Shown here piece after piece: positions 41,009 through 48,410 of a stretch of DNA of 64,000 nucleotides (position 1 is the stretch's first letter; each line of letters opens with the position of its first letter). The translations under genes and the position numbers were made by a program. Under the pieces are notes generated by a model. It was not told the origin of the DNA and ran no database searches. It saw only the letters and a program-made list of their open reading frames with translations. The stretch is taken from assembly GCF_947568905.1 (NCBI RefSeq), contig NC_079170.1:53010001-53074000 (forward strand), given 5' to 3'. Origin of the DNA: Ostrea edulis. Taxonomy: Eukaryota.

Positions 41009-41315
41009 TGCTAGTGAGTTTTTTTTATCTTAATTATGTTTTATATATGCATTCATGGAATTTCACCTTAGCCCAGTAAGGAACAATTTCCATGCACTGT
41101 CCAGCATCCGTCAAAGCTAACTCAAAGTTACCCATTTTACTAAACACCAGCGAACGGTTGCTGAGAATTTTCGGCACTTCATCCTGTAGAATAGGGGCGT
41201 TCAGGTTACAATGGGCCAGTGCACCGTTATACAAATTGAGAGCTTCGGACAGGCTACCCCTCAGGAGGTTTTCTTCCGCGTTATCCTTGTACCACTGAAG
41301 CTGCATCCTGGCCAT
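2486..41315 (-). CDS. TRANK1: TRANK1/LBA1-like TPR + ankyrin + UvrD-like (SF1) helicase; 26 coding exons in window, 3' part beyond position 1
   Basis: Hand-spliced exons (GT-AG, one GC-AG) join in frame to 6825 nt. Repeated TPR and ANK motifs are followed by SF1 motifs LLLGRSGTGKTTCCIYRLW (I), RQLFITKN (Ia), YVDETQD (II), FLTGDTAQ (III), YQLTHNYRS (IV) and LTIYESKGLEFD (V). The order and wording match TRANK1 as I recall it; orthology versus paralogy is untested. Confidence 0.9.
3504..3649. repeat. solo hairpin: 65-bp inverted arms with 16-nt spacer
   Basis: ttacacagtcagtttggtacataatacgg...tattggg mirrored by cccaata...ccgtattatgtgccaaactgaccgtgtaa. Confidence 0.85.
3885..4665 (+). mobile_element. 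Penelope-like (Naiad-type) RT fragment, decayed
   Basis: KTYFVQYHLDST...KMLEYL...MGTNCVPLL...FRYIEDVLSINN...VTFPYSCSNI...SQPIRYARAC, with stops and frameshifts. Confidence 0.8.
6269..6438 (-). CDS. TRANK1: exon 25 (motif IV)
   Basis: tcacag|IYQLTHNYRSHAGIL...GPAPILLEIQDR S|gtatgt; phase 0 to 2. Confidence 0.92.
6549..6798 (-). CDS. TRANK1: exon 24 (motifs II and III)
   Basis: tttcag|...IYVDETQDFTQAE...FLTGDTAQGIMRGISFRF...IPNK|gcaaac (GC donor inferred); phase 2 to 0. Confidence 0.88.
6907..7373 (-). CDS. TRANK1: exon 23 (acidic insert + helicase 1B region)
   Basis: atttag|ENIPGW...HPSLIWMEIMSFIKGS...FDETDVVRNIFN R|gttatc; phase 0 to 2. Confidence 0.9.
7903..8068 (-). mobile_element. Naiad-like PLE 3' end (plus an inverted 3'-end fragment at 7839-7874)
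   Basis: catgaaaggtgaag...accagaggtgggatcaggtg...gaccggtcaca motif shared with the other copies. Confidence 0.8.
8131..8426 (-). CDS. TRANK1: exon 22 (helicase motif Ia)
   Basis: caccag|DEEEDEEV...RQLFITKNLVLC...FPLFTTSRKLLLMIDASL...GNIL|gtaaat; phase 1 to 0. Confidence 0.92.
8998..9262 (-). mobile_element. Naiad-like PLE 3' fragment
   Basis: same 3' motif plus acccaatgataggttgtattggca (RT C-terminus YNLSLG). Confidence 0.8.
9397..10210 (-). CDS. TRANK1: exon 21 (pre-helicase domain + Walker A)
   Basis: ttttag|IKPGFFENQEWEIECT...GRSGTGKT (9482-9505)...LNLQ G|gtaaaa; phase 0 to 1. Confidence 0.95.
10395..10463 (-). CDS. TRANK1: exon 20 (69-bp linker exon)
   Basis: catcaag|GPRNVLEIQNTVESANEGETDFQ|gtaagt; phase 0 to 0, so it could be skipped in frame. 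Confidence 0.65.
10565..10827 (-). mobile_element. SINE-family copy (shares central and 3' domains with 28185 and 43110)
   Basis: gtggcacgataaagatcc, cttcaccggca and gacgttaaacaa tail; variant head gggttagaataggtcctcag, also seen at ~2425-2458. Confidence 0.65.
12588..12872 (-). CDS. TRANK1: exon 19 (charged linker)
   Basis: tcacag|YFRLASRKSK...LVDIRK|gtattt; phase 0 to 0. Confidence 0.8.
13100..13344 (-). CDS. TRANK1: exon 18 (ankyrin)
   Basis: tttcag|...NLLGESLFHVVA...RDREGKLPAEYL...RMQ|gtaaac; phase 1 to 0. Confidence 0.9.
13510..13665 (-). CDS. TRANK1: exon 17 (ankyrin)
   Basis: ttgtag|DGKDAVEIAVQNNHFRVLERL...DGDTPIHAALYIALDRDK G|gtatcc; phase 1 to 1; not in ORF track. Confidence 0.9.
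13999..14259 (-). CDS. TRANK1: exon 16 (module 4 linker)
   Basis: aaacag|...IVRGLAEKEHWKQM...GAVLHS G|gtaata; phase 1 to 1. Confidence 0.85.
14365..14591 (-). CDS. TRANK1: exon 15 (helical, degenerate module 4)
   Basis: ttttag|REEERIAAINQECF...FGLQENL G|gtaatt; phase 2 to 1. Confidence 0.85.
14781..14987. mobile_element. Tc1/mariner-type MITE
   Basis: TA|ctataaaagtgattatctac ... gtaaataactacttttacag|TA. Confidence 0.7.
15030..15080 (-). mobile_element. LINE (L2/CR1-like) 3' tail fragment; second copy at ~52810-52862 (+)
   Basis: atgctgatgaaccataaggcttaaagccaataaacaatgcaatacaa; GGC-TTAAA-GCC stem-loop followed by (CAATA)n. Confidence 0.55.
16007..16730. mobile_element. non-autonomous TIR element whose ~57-bp TIRs are themselves hairpins
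   Basis: left tagttgcagaactgtagctctctgagaaaatattgggatataccagtgagctacagat matches the reverse complement of the right end; a nested 72-bp TIR element tagtctggtccc...gggaccagacta lies at 16417-16488. Confidence 0.75.
16879..17420 (-). mobile_element. Naiad-like PLE fragment (diverged subfamily)
   Basis: accagaggtgggatcaggtgcct; LLNRYVRACFAYD-type RT C-terminal remnant. Confidence 0.7.
17564..18064 (-). mobile_element. Naiad-like PLE, RT C-terminus + 3' UTR
   Basis: SQLIRYARGCSAFGQFLNRCRLLTNKLMVQGFQQSRLMSAF...YNLSLGQMLSDVFHT followed by the shared 3' motif. Confidence 0.85.
18407..18524 (-). CDS. TRANK1: exon 14 (charged coiled-coil linker)
   Basis: gtccag|ETDRQCEMKQKEQEYRQQEQILRQQREKEKRKHYEQTRI R|gtacat; phase 1 to 2, which is needed to join exon 13 to exon 15; weak polypyrimidine tract. 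Confidence 0.7.
18622..19350 (-). mobile_element. Crypton-like (tyrosine recombinase) element remnant
   Basis: minus-strand QIMQLTGHKNVQSINSYS (19001-19054) matches the YR C-terminal H...Y motif; terminal hairpin at 18622-18748; far boundary approximate. Confidence 0.65.
19452..19715 (-). CDS. TRANK1: exon 13 (module 3 ankyrin)
   Basis: aaatag|...DAHGNSVLHLAV...NKQKKLASKY...KKH G|gtactt; phase 1 to 1. Confidence 0.9.
20468..20511. repeat. (TA)n microsatellite
   Basis: about 22 TA units. Confidence 0.95.
20518..24644. mobile_element. Kolobok-type foldback element, ~4.1 kb, ~1-kb imperfect inverted arms
   Basis: TTAA|agctgacatgaattaa ... ttaattcatgtcagct|TTAA; inverted homology traced from 20518-21530 to 23480-24644; no transposase recognised. 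Confidence 0.75.
25591..25790 (+). pseudogene. Tc1-like transposase N-terminal HTH remnant
   Basis: MGRKRSELSI*V*EIVWKLLEGKTIRYVSDLLNIPKSTIVDIK*RF...NSVEN. Confidence 0.65.
26195..26509 (-). CDS. TRANK1: exon 12 (module 3 linker + ankyrin)
   Basis: taacag|...TVYRLIEKNEWIPA...GESFLHACIRLTLAT G|gtatgt; phase 1 to 1. Confidence 0.9.
27671..27827 (-). CDS. TRANK1: exon 11 (module 3 TPR exon B)
   Basis: gtttag|AQMRIGKAYAGLEKHKAALSRFRRA...KCG G|gtatgg; phase 0 to 1. Confidence 0.85.
27910..28068 (+). mobile_element. Naiad-like PLE 3' end
   Basis: ggcgggtgtgaccggtcgacagg...cctaggcacctgatcccacctctgg...gagattgatcac. Confidence 0.85.
28185..28525 (-). mobile_element. tRNA-derived SINE, near full length
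   Basis: head gtggtctagacg (A box), gtttgaatc (B box), central gtggcacgctaaagaaccc, tail gacgttaaacaagaca(caat)n. Confidence 0.8.
28660..29195 (+). mobile_element. Naiad-like PLE, RT C-terminus + 3' UTR
   Basis: IVNFPKLCSNISLSPVYCVYVSQLI remnant followed by the shared 3' motif. Confidence 0.8.
29369..29817 (-). CDS. TRANK1: exon 10 (module 3 charged linker + TPR exon A)
   Basis: ttgcag|...FQREGDRIFKEGRFKAALVSFENA...LFCNIADCYLHLEQY...SYQ|gtaggt; phase 1 to 0. Confidence 0.9.
30158..30418 (-). CDS. TRANK1: exon 9 (module 2 ankyrin)
   Basis: ttgaag|...DGNGNSPLHSVV...RDRFGKLAVQYV...RRE G|gtaaga; phase 1 to 1. Confidence 0.9.
30969..31196 (-). CDS. TRANK1: exon 8 (module 2 ankyrin)
   Basis: aatcag|...EDDTPLHAAARLAVIT G|gtatgt; phase 1 to 1. 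Confidence 0.9.
31325..31462 (-). CDS. TRANK1: exon 7 (module 2 linker)
   Basis: aaacag|DAEKAERYEALQTVSNDVWPDVLHRLSKQAEWISIKELVWGTGEGT G|gtattt; phase 1 to 1. Confidence 0.85.
31604..31757 (-). CDS. TRANK1: exon 6 (module 2 TPR exon B)
   Basis: gtatag|GHWRLSQLLRKTRQYNKAVEIAVRG...LPYMS G|gtaagt; phase 0 to 1. Confidence 0.9.
32150..32432 (-). mobile_element. decayed SINE copy
   Basis: tRNA-like head remnant (cagttcgatttcaggtcgtgac) and gacgtccc tail. Confidence 0.5.
32784..33031 (-). CDS. TRANK1: exon 5 (module 2 TPR exon A)
   Basis: gatatag|EIVKKHIAEIKDKGNTAKTEKKYDDALIHYTKAI...LYTNRC...ALEDAKRAVQMDKTWLK|gtagga; phase 1 to 0; not in ORF track. Confidence 0.9.
33201..33470 (-). CDS. TRANK1: exon 4 (module 1 ankyrin)
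   Basis: ttatag|...DQYGRCVLHIIA...DNTGNLPIDF...MDT G|gtttgt; phase 1 to 1. Confidence 0.9.
33567..33920 (-). CDS. TRANK1: exon 3 (module 1 linker + ankyrin)
   Basis: ctgcag|...LLQQLANRQCWEGV...GIPVLHVVSIKTLET G|gtacag; phase 1 to 1. Confidence 0.9.
34960..35925. repeat. ~0.95-kb polypyrimidine/polypurine (CT-rich) tract
   Basis: (CT)n interspersed with ctcgccct and ctctccct variants. Confidence 0.95.
35925..36640. repeat. AT-rich degenerate array of tataagatatcttat(a)-type palindromic units
   Basis: recurring ataagatatcttat and gagatatctt. Confidence 0.85.
37641..37815 (-). CDS. TRANK1: exon 2 (module 1 TPR exon B)
   Basis: acacag|GYWRAATAYKGLNLFYDALGVLIQG...LRRLQ G|gtatag; phase 0 to 1; not in ORF track. 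Confidence 0.9.
38159..38541. repeat. 47-bp minisatellite, about 8 copies
   Basis: tctgatatcagtggtaatttgtatgtgatgtgaagctgttcagtcat; period 38159 to 38206. Confidence 0.95.
38629..39135. mobile_element. Kolobok-type MITE, ~150-bp TIRs
   Basis: ATAA|agggacatagacacgatttgag ... ctcaaccgtgtacatgccctt|TTAA; internal cacaattctt / aagaattgtgag mirror. Confidence 0.7.
39472..39846. repeat. 29-bp minisatellite, about 13 near-identical copies
   Basis: atgactattgatactcacgaatctcctaa. Confidence 0.95.
40953..41004. repeat. (CT)n microsatellite ~60 bp downstream of the exon 1 donor
   Basis: about 26 units. Confidence 0.95.
41067..41315 (-). CDS. TRANK1: exon 1 (module 1 TPR exon A)
   Basis: MARMQLQWYKDNAEE...LSNRSLVFSKMGNFELALTDAGQCMEIVPYWAK; donor AAG|gtgaaa, phase 0; in-frame phase-1 acceptor actgtag| at 41323. 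Confidence 0.85.
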
Positions 41316-41837
41316 GTGTGCCACTACAGTAACAACATGATATCATAAAGTGAGAATTCAATAATCATACATAAGTATGCATGTAGATAATTCCATTGTT
41401 ATTTATTACAATTGTTTTGATTGGACAAAGACAAATTTAAATGAGAATTTACCCATCACTAAATCCAAAAACGCCATGTAAACATACACGCCTGAAAACA
41501 AATGACATAGTGCGGGGAAACTATTCAAATTATTGAAATTGATAATACAGGGAACGAATTAGAATTATAAGAATCAAACATTCATTTTGAAGAATTTATC
41601 GATGTGTAAACACTGGACATTTTACTCACTTTTATTCAGTTTGAGAAAACATGCCAATCTTATAGAAAATTCACGACCAAAATTCATTTCTGTGGCATGT
41701 TTACGTAATTATTACTTTTTTTTTTTTTTAACACTTATAGTACTTCTTGTCATTCAGGAAACGATGTAATATTTTAAAACAAACGAAACGGGTAGTTGCT
41801 CACGTCAGTTTCCGTCTTTGCACATGCCCTGGGCTGC

Positions 41838-42090
41838 GTTCAAGATCGTAGCGGTTAGTCTAGGGGCTAGGTATGTTGGCTGATTTGTGTAATTTTACAG
41901 TGCGTTGTCTTTTCATTATTTTGAGGTGAAAAGTAGCTAATAACATCAACTTGTCGTCTTTTCGTTATTTCGGGATGAAAAGTTGCTAAATATAGTTCTG
42001 TTGTCTTTTCGCCTCGAAATAACAAAAAAGACTATAAAGTGTAAAATGGCACTTATCAGCCACCTGGGCTAGCCGCTACGATATTGAACT
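41838..42090. mobile_element. MITE
   Basis: gttcaagatcgtagcggttag...ggctgat / atcagcc...ctagccgctacgatattgaac; internal tcttttcgttatttcg repeats. Confidence 0.7.
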
Positions 42091-42626
42091 AATGTCTAAT
42101 GTTCGGCAATCATCGTTCCCATATCCGTGTATACGACGCAATGACGGTTTATACGAAACAATCGTTATAGGTATACTCTCAAACAATACTCAATTTTTCT
42201 TCAGATCTTGGAGATTATATTAGTTATACCAACAGGTATTATTTGGTGCATGATTGGATTGTTGAACGATTGCCGTCAGTTACAGCTTGCATTCCTTTAA
42301 ATGTATATACATGCATAAACTTCATGTAATTGTAAATGTTGTCTCCACTGAGTGAAGGGTTGTACACACGAGGCACATATATTTCTCCTCCCACCCCTAT
42401 CTCATATCAATGATTCGTTGTAAAATATATTTAATACATGTAACATGTAGCCTTAAATCATGCTATGGATTACGATCTTTCTACAAAGTTTATTTTCGTG
42501 GCCTAAAGCCCTGTCTGCGGTCCGTAACCTGGTTATATCTACATTAGTATTTTTACCTTTCCGGGTCACCGCCATGGTGGTCTAGAGACTCTTATCCCCG
42601 ATTTTATATTGTGATATGTGCGGGGG

Positions 42627-43027
42627 AGAGTCGGAGCGGACTCCATATTTAAAAGTGCTTTACCTACCTCTTACAACTTTATTTCGCGGATCTATCTTCC
42701 AAGATTCAGTTATCGGAAGAGTGTTCTACAAATAGATCATGATTAATACGATGCTATAGCTGTTTAAACAGCCATAAGTATGACAAATAAAGCATCACTT
42801 GAATCAGGTCGCTGTCTCGCCATTCGATTTGTTTGCGCATGACGTCAGCACATAAACACATAAAATTCCATCATTTTGTATTAGTATTAATCATGATCTG
42901 TTTGTAGAATAATATTCCGATAACTGAATCCTCGGGTCTTGGAAGATAGATCCACGAAATAAAGTTGTAAGAGGTAGGTAAAGCAGCAACACCGTCCCAC
43001 TTTTCAATATGGAGTCCGCTCTGACCC
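42627..43027. mobile_element. palindromic MITE, ~130-150-bp well-conserved arms
   Basis: gagcggactccatatt...ctttacctacctcttacaactttatttcgcggatctatcttccaaga mirrored at 42940-43025. Confidence 0.8.
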
Positions 43028-43109
43028 CCCCCCCCCCTGCCCCCCCCCCCCCCCCCCCCCCCCCGGGCACATGTCACAATATAAAAGCGAGGGTAAGAGT
43101 CAGAGGAAT

Positions 43110-43383
43110 CTCGGATTAGTCTAGAGGTAGAGTGTTCGCCCTGCATGCTGAAGGCTGGGGTTCGAATCCCGGTAGCGACAGACCCGAGTCGTTAAAACAG
43201 GTAGTGACAGTTCCATCGCCAAACACTCGGCATAAGGTGCGAATGTCACGGGTCCTCCGAGATGACATTAAAACCGGATGCCCCGTGTCACAGTAGGTAT
43301 GACACGCTAAAGAACCCCACTGCTGACGTCTTATGAGTGAAATATCCTCGACGGGGAGTAAAACAACCGATCAATCAATCAAT
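43110..43383 (+). mobile_element. tRNA-derived SINE, followed by a second decayed SINE at ~43400-43680
   Basis: A box tagtctagagg, B box ggttcgaatcc, central gacacgctaaagaaccc, (caat)n tail. Confidence 0.8.
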
Positions 43384-45369
43384 AGACAATTGGTTGGGCC
43401 ACTAACTTAGAACTAGGGTGTCCATGGTTCGATCCCGGCGACCGCCCCAAAACTTATTAATAAACTTTTATATACTTAATTAATGACTGCTATTTCGCCT
43501 AGAACTGAAAGCCACGGGTTTTTGCACGAGATCTTAAAAACCGCGGTCCGGTGTCATATGAGGCTTCGATGTAGTGGATAACTCTCTTCCACGGGCCTAC
43601 GCAATATTCAGTGTTATTTTAATTGATATAGAGCTTGTGACGTCCCTGAGTGAAGAATTCTTTATAAATAAACAAGACAAGAACAATAAAATCAATACCT
43701 ACATTCAAACAGGTTTGGAAATGTTCCAAACTGGTTCATTGTGTTGTTAATGTAATGCTGTCAACCGCACATCATATTGTCTGCATAGAAAAAAAATATA
43801 TGTATTTACATGTAGCAATAGCATAGCATAAATAATCCAGAAAATATTCAGAGTGGATTGGGTCGGGACTTACGATGGACACGCAGCACATTTTACAATT
43901 TCATTTTAAATAGTTTATTTACAAGCGACCTTGGCTACGTAATCGTGTTATTAGACAAATGCACATTGTTTATTGGTAATCTTTGTCCCTGTTTTACGTC
44001 ACTCTATTACCAAGTCAAGGCCTGGAAATGATTCATGTATACTGATATAATTTACATGATCTGTGTTTTTGTTTTTAAAATTCCTATAGTGGATATCACC
44101 AGAAGTAGGCAATAACAGAACCAGAGCTTGCTTGAGTGGGCTTGAATACTAATGGAGATGTTTACACTTTTTTTTTAATATATCTTAAGCTTTATAAAAT
44201 CTTAATTTTCAAAAACCTTTTTTTAAAAGAATAAATAAAAATAAGTTGAATAAATAAAAAAAATAGTAAATAAAAACACGTGAATATCCTATAAAGCTTC
44301 AATTTGGATTTATCACTTAACTTCAGTGACACATTTATTAGATATAGATTTGTTGCCATAAAAAAACATTTTCGGTTTGCTTAAGTGTATGAGGCCTTTT
44401 TAAAAATTCTAATCCTTCAGAGCAATAATTCCTTTCTAACCAAATTCATTGACCACATAGGCGGGTCATCACTTTTCTTTCTTCATTGGTTTTTTTTTTC
44501 CGCTCCGTTTTCCGTTCTGCGTTTTAGCAACGCCGGGAGAGGGGTTTAACTGTTTGTTGGAGGTAGATAAGTAATTACATGATATTCTCCAGTATGTCTA
44601 TACTATATACATAGCATAATGGTTAAACGAAGGTCAACATGATCAAGATGAAATATAAATATAAACTACTATAATTTCAATAAAGAAGTAGATCTAGATC
44701 TAGGATACATAAACTTTTCATTGAATTCATTTGAATGACACTACTGCTTTTCGGAACCGAGGCTTGAAAATTACACAAAAATTCAATGAAACTCAAGAAC
44801 ACCATATTTAACTTACCACTTAATGAAGTTCTAGCCTCTTCCTCGGCTCGTAGTATATATTACGTAAATATACATTTCTACTTTCGTTTTGAGTTCTCGG
44901 AAGTATATTCATTATCGATTTTTGTATTTCTGAAAATGCAAAACATGTCATGTGCTCTGCGTAAATATTGATGAATGTTCAAAGGTATAGAAAGGGGGAA
45001 TTTTTTAAAAAGTTTACCTGAATATGACTGTGAAAGTATGGAAGAATGGCACTGGCCACAGGCACCTGCATTTCTGTCAATAAGTCGCTCAATAAAGCCA
45101 AAGATCGAAAAATATAAGAGAGTGCAAAATTGTGTTGAGAAAATTCGGGTCGTCGTAACTTTGTCGTTTTACAATTACAACGTGTGTAATCCCTACTTGT
45201 TATAACTGTGGGCAGTGGGATTCATTTGTGCATTTAGCTTGAAATCTGTACACACTGTTACGTAAGAAAACATGGGTGTCTTAGGCCTAACAAAAATCGT
45301 AAGTGTAAAAAAGATAATTTAAAAATCGGCGACTTTCATTAGTCAGTCATCTCTACTTCAAAATTGAAA

Positions 45370-46845
45370 CCCAAGTGCTATTGATACTATATTGAAACTA
45401 AATAGATATTTAGAAAGAACAGGTAGTGCTTTACCAAAATTAAAAATTTGATGATCACAGGGTTAGGGGTTTTGGTACAATGTATCAGGGTGGGGTCAAA
45501 ATTATTAAACGTGTGAATAGACATTGATAACTATCATTCCAATTCTTTTCAAATTTATGAAGAAGTTTTGGAACAAGGGGGACATAAATTGTAAATTTCA
45601 GGATTTCTGCACCCCTGGGGCCTTAGGGGTGGGGGTTAAACTGCCCAAAATTGACCAATTTTCAAAAATTTCCTTCTCAGGAACCACACACATGTAAGAA
45701 AAACTAAATGCATAGTGATGTAGAGCAGGAAGGCCTCTACCAAAATTGTAAATTTCATGATCCCCGGTGTAGGGGTTCTGACCCCAGGGCGGGGCAAACT
45801 TGTTATAAAGTGTTTTACGCAGGTAATCCTTTACCAAAATTATAAATTTGATGATCCCAGGGGTAGGTGTTTTGGTATCAGGTTGGGGCCAAAATGGTCA
45901 ATTATTCAATGTGTAAACAATAAGACATTTTTAACTTCTTGATTACTACATGTATCATTCTAATTCTTTCAAATTTAGTATGAAACATCTTTGGAACATG
46001 GGAGACATAAATTGTAAATTTGCACCCCATGGGCCTTTTAAAGGGCGGGGTAAAAACTGCCCAAAATTGACCAAATTTCAAAAATCTTCTCTAGAACGGC
46101 ACATGTTTAAGAAAAACAAGAGGTACTGTGAGCAATGCTCACTAAGAATACCCCCCGCTTACCCCAATCTCCCAAAGGGTGTTGGTAATAGGTAAAACTT
46201 CAGTATTATGATCCAAAAGGTATCTAGGAACACAGCATCTCCATGCGATGAAAAGAGCCGTTAAAGAATTTAAATGGAAACCATATTGCTACTTTGTGAT
46301 GTCCAGTGCGCGTGACCTTTGACCTTTTGACCCCAAAATCGATAGGGAACATCTTCATCCCATGGGTAGTCCATATGTATGATATGGTGACTGTAGGTGG
46401 AAAGGATAACGCTTTAGAACCCGGAAACCATATTGCTACTTCGATGTCCAGTGCGCTTGACCTTTTGACCCCAAAATCGATAGGGAACATCTTCATCCCA
46501 TGGGTCGTCCATATATATGATATGGTGACGGTAGGTGGAAAGGATAATGCTTTAGATCCGGAAAGCATTGCGTCTACAGACGGGCGGACGGATGGACAGA
46601 CAGACGGACAACCCGATTCCAGTATACCCCCCCCCCCACAACTTGTTGCTGGGGGTATAACTAAATGTATAGTGATGTAGAGTAGGAAGACCTCTACCAA
46701 AATTGTAAATTTCATGATCCTCAGGGTAGGTGTTTTGACCCCAGGGCGGGGCCAAACTTACTATAAAGTGTCTACGTGCAAAACATCTTCTTTAGTGCTA
46801 TTGATACTAAATTGAAACTAAATGGAAATTCAGAAAGAGCAGGTA
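45370..46845. repeat. Cg170-like satellite units inside a HINE-type element
   Basis: repeated ccaaaattgtaaatttcatgatcc..gggtaggggttctgaccccagggcggggc units resembling the oyster Cg170 family (from memory). Confidence 0.6.
46115..46660 (+). mobile_element. complete HINE/pearl-like element nested in the satellite array
   Basis: aacaagaggtactgtgagc start, two ~160-bp cores, (GGAC/GACA)n, terminal ccccc...gggggtataa; flanks rejoin to aagaaaaactaaatg with no TSD. Confidence 0.8.
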
Positions 46846-47104
46846 CTGTATAAAATATAAATGCGTGCCTGCGGATTTATCGCGTATCACAAACTTTCTG
46901 TTTATTCTTACACCGACAGCAAATAAATCCCGCGCACAAAGATCTTCAAATATTGTTCATTTGCTTTTTGAACAGCTTCATTAAATTTTGAAGACATATC
47001 ATACATGTAATTTGACATTCTTATAACAATGTAATTCAAATGAGTCCCCTCAATACGTTTAAAGAAACTAAACATAGTGCGCATGAATACATATATGATG
47101 ATTG

Positions 47105-47144
<40 letters not shown>

Positions 47145-48410
47145 TGCGACGTACGTGTGTATAGATATATCAACTACAAAAATAGATTCGTAAACATGAA
47201 ACAAATAACTTGTAAGTAAATATTTCATAGTGAAGAAAGTAATATCTCGTTTTCTTAGGTTGGAAAAGCATAGTAAATATTTGAAAATGGTATTGGTATA
47301 TTAGGACCGATCATATTCCCCTTCGAGGCCTCTTCGAAAGTTTGTCAAAGCTTAAACCATGTAACTATTTCTGCAGGAATATACCGGGGTGATACGAGTA
47401 AAGCACATTCAGTTTGTCATGTTTTCTCTTTAAGACTTTTCTACAGTCAGATATAGATAATCACATTTACGGTGATTTACCGTATTTTGCCGAATATATT
47501 TAATACGCATCCCCTTTTGCCAAGTTTTGGGGCCTGTAAATTGTGGAAATACCATTGTTCGTGTGTACATTTAGCTTCACGAGAAATCTTTGTGGAAATA
47601 ATGCAGGTTCTCAAAATAGCATGCACTAGAATTTGTATACAGTGCAGCAAATTTGTTTTTTAAGAAAACGGCAATCTTGTTCTTATACACTCTACATAGC
47701 AGTATTTTCGGGGAAATGATGTTAATTTCATCAAAGCACGAGAGTTCGTAGCAATAAAGTTTTAACAGACTCAATATTTTCTTTGTTTAAAGTTCAAATA
47801 GTCGATGCGAGCGTTCAATGTTTTGTAATCAAAACATCACCCAAGCTTCGAAAAATTACGTACCAAGGTGCGATATAACGACCCCCCTCGGTAATTATAA
47901 ACATATCAATAATCAAAGCCAGTAATTTAATTGGTACTAAATGAAGAATTCAAACATAACCCTTTAAAATTTTGCCGCAGTTAGATGGGTAAGTACATCA
48001 GTCGTTTACTGCAAAAGGAAAGTTAAAACTCAAAAGTAATCGCATATTCCCAGACCCATGAAAAACGTGCAACATGCAGAAATCTGACAAAATCAAGTGA
48101 CAAAGGACGTGTACACAAGACATGTATCATAATATCATGGCAGTTTTAAAAATTGCACGATGATAAATTTTAATTGGCTGTTTCATAATGATTAGTTACA
48201 GGGTGTAAAATAATTTTAAAAAAAAACAATTTTACGCTTTTAGATAGGTAAACAACGCGGCGAAAAATTATAAGTGCACATTGCATTGACTAAAACAAAA
48301 TGAGTCAAAAACCTTTAGTGGTATGTATAATGTGTCCCTTCACATAAAAAAAAAAAATTAAAAAGTGCGTATTATATTTAGTTAAATATCAGTGTAAATT
48401 AATAAGCATA

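Noticed and set aside
43110-43190. tRNA gene
   Set aside because: A and B boxes are present, but the sequence continues into a SINE body and tail shared with other copies; no convincing cloverleaf.
44975-45205. 76-aa ORF and other short ORFs in 44-52 kb and 61.1-61.5 kb as upstream exons or a second gene
   Set aside because: No recognisable domain and no consistent splice-phase chain.
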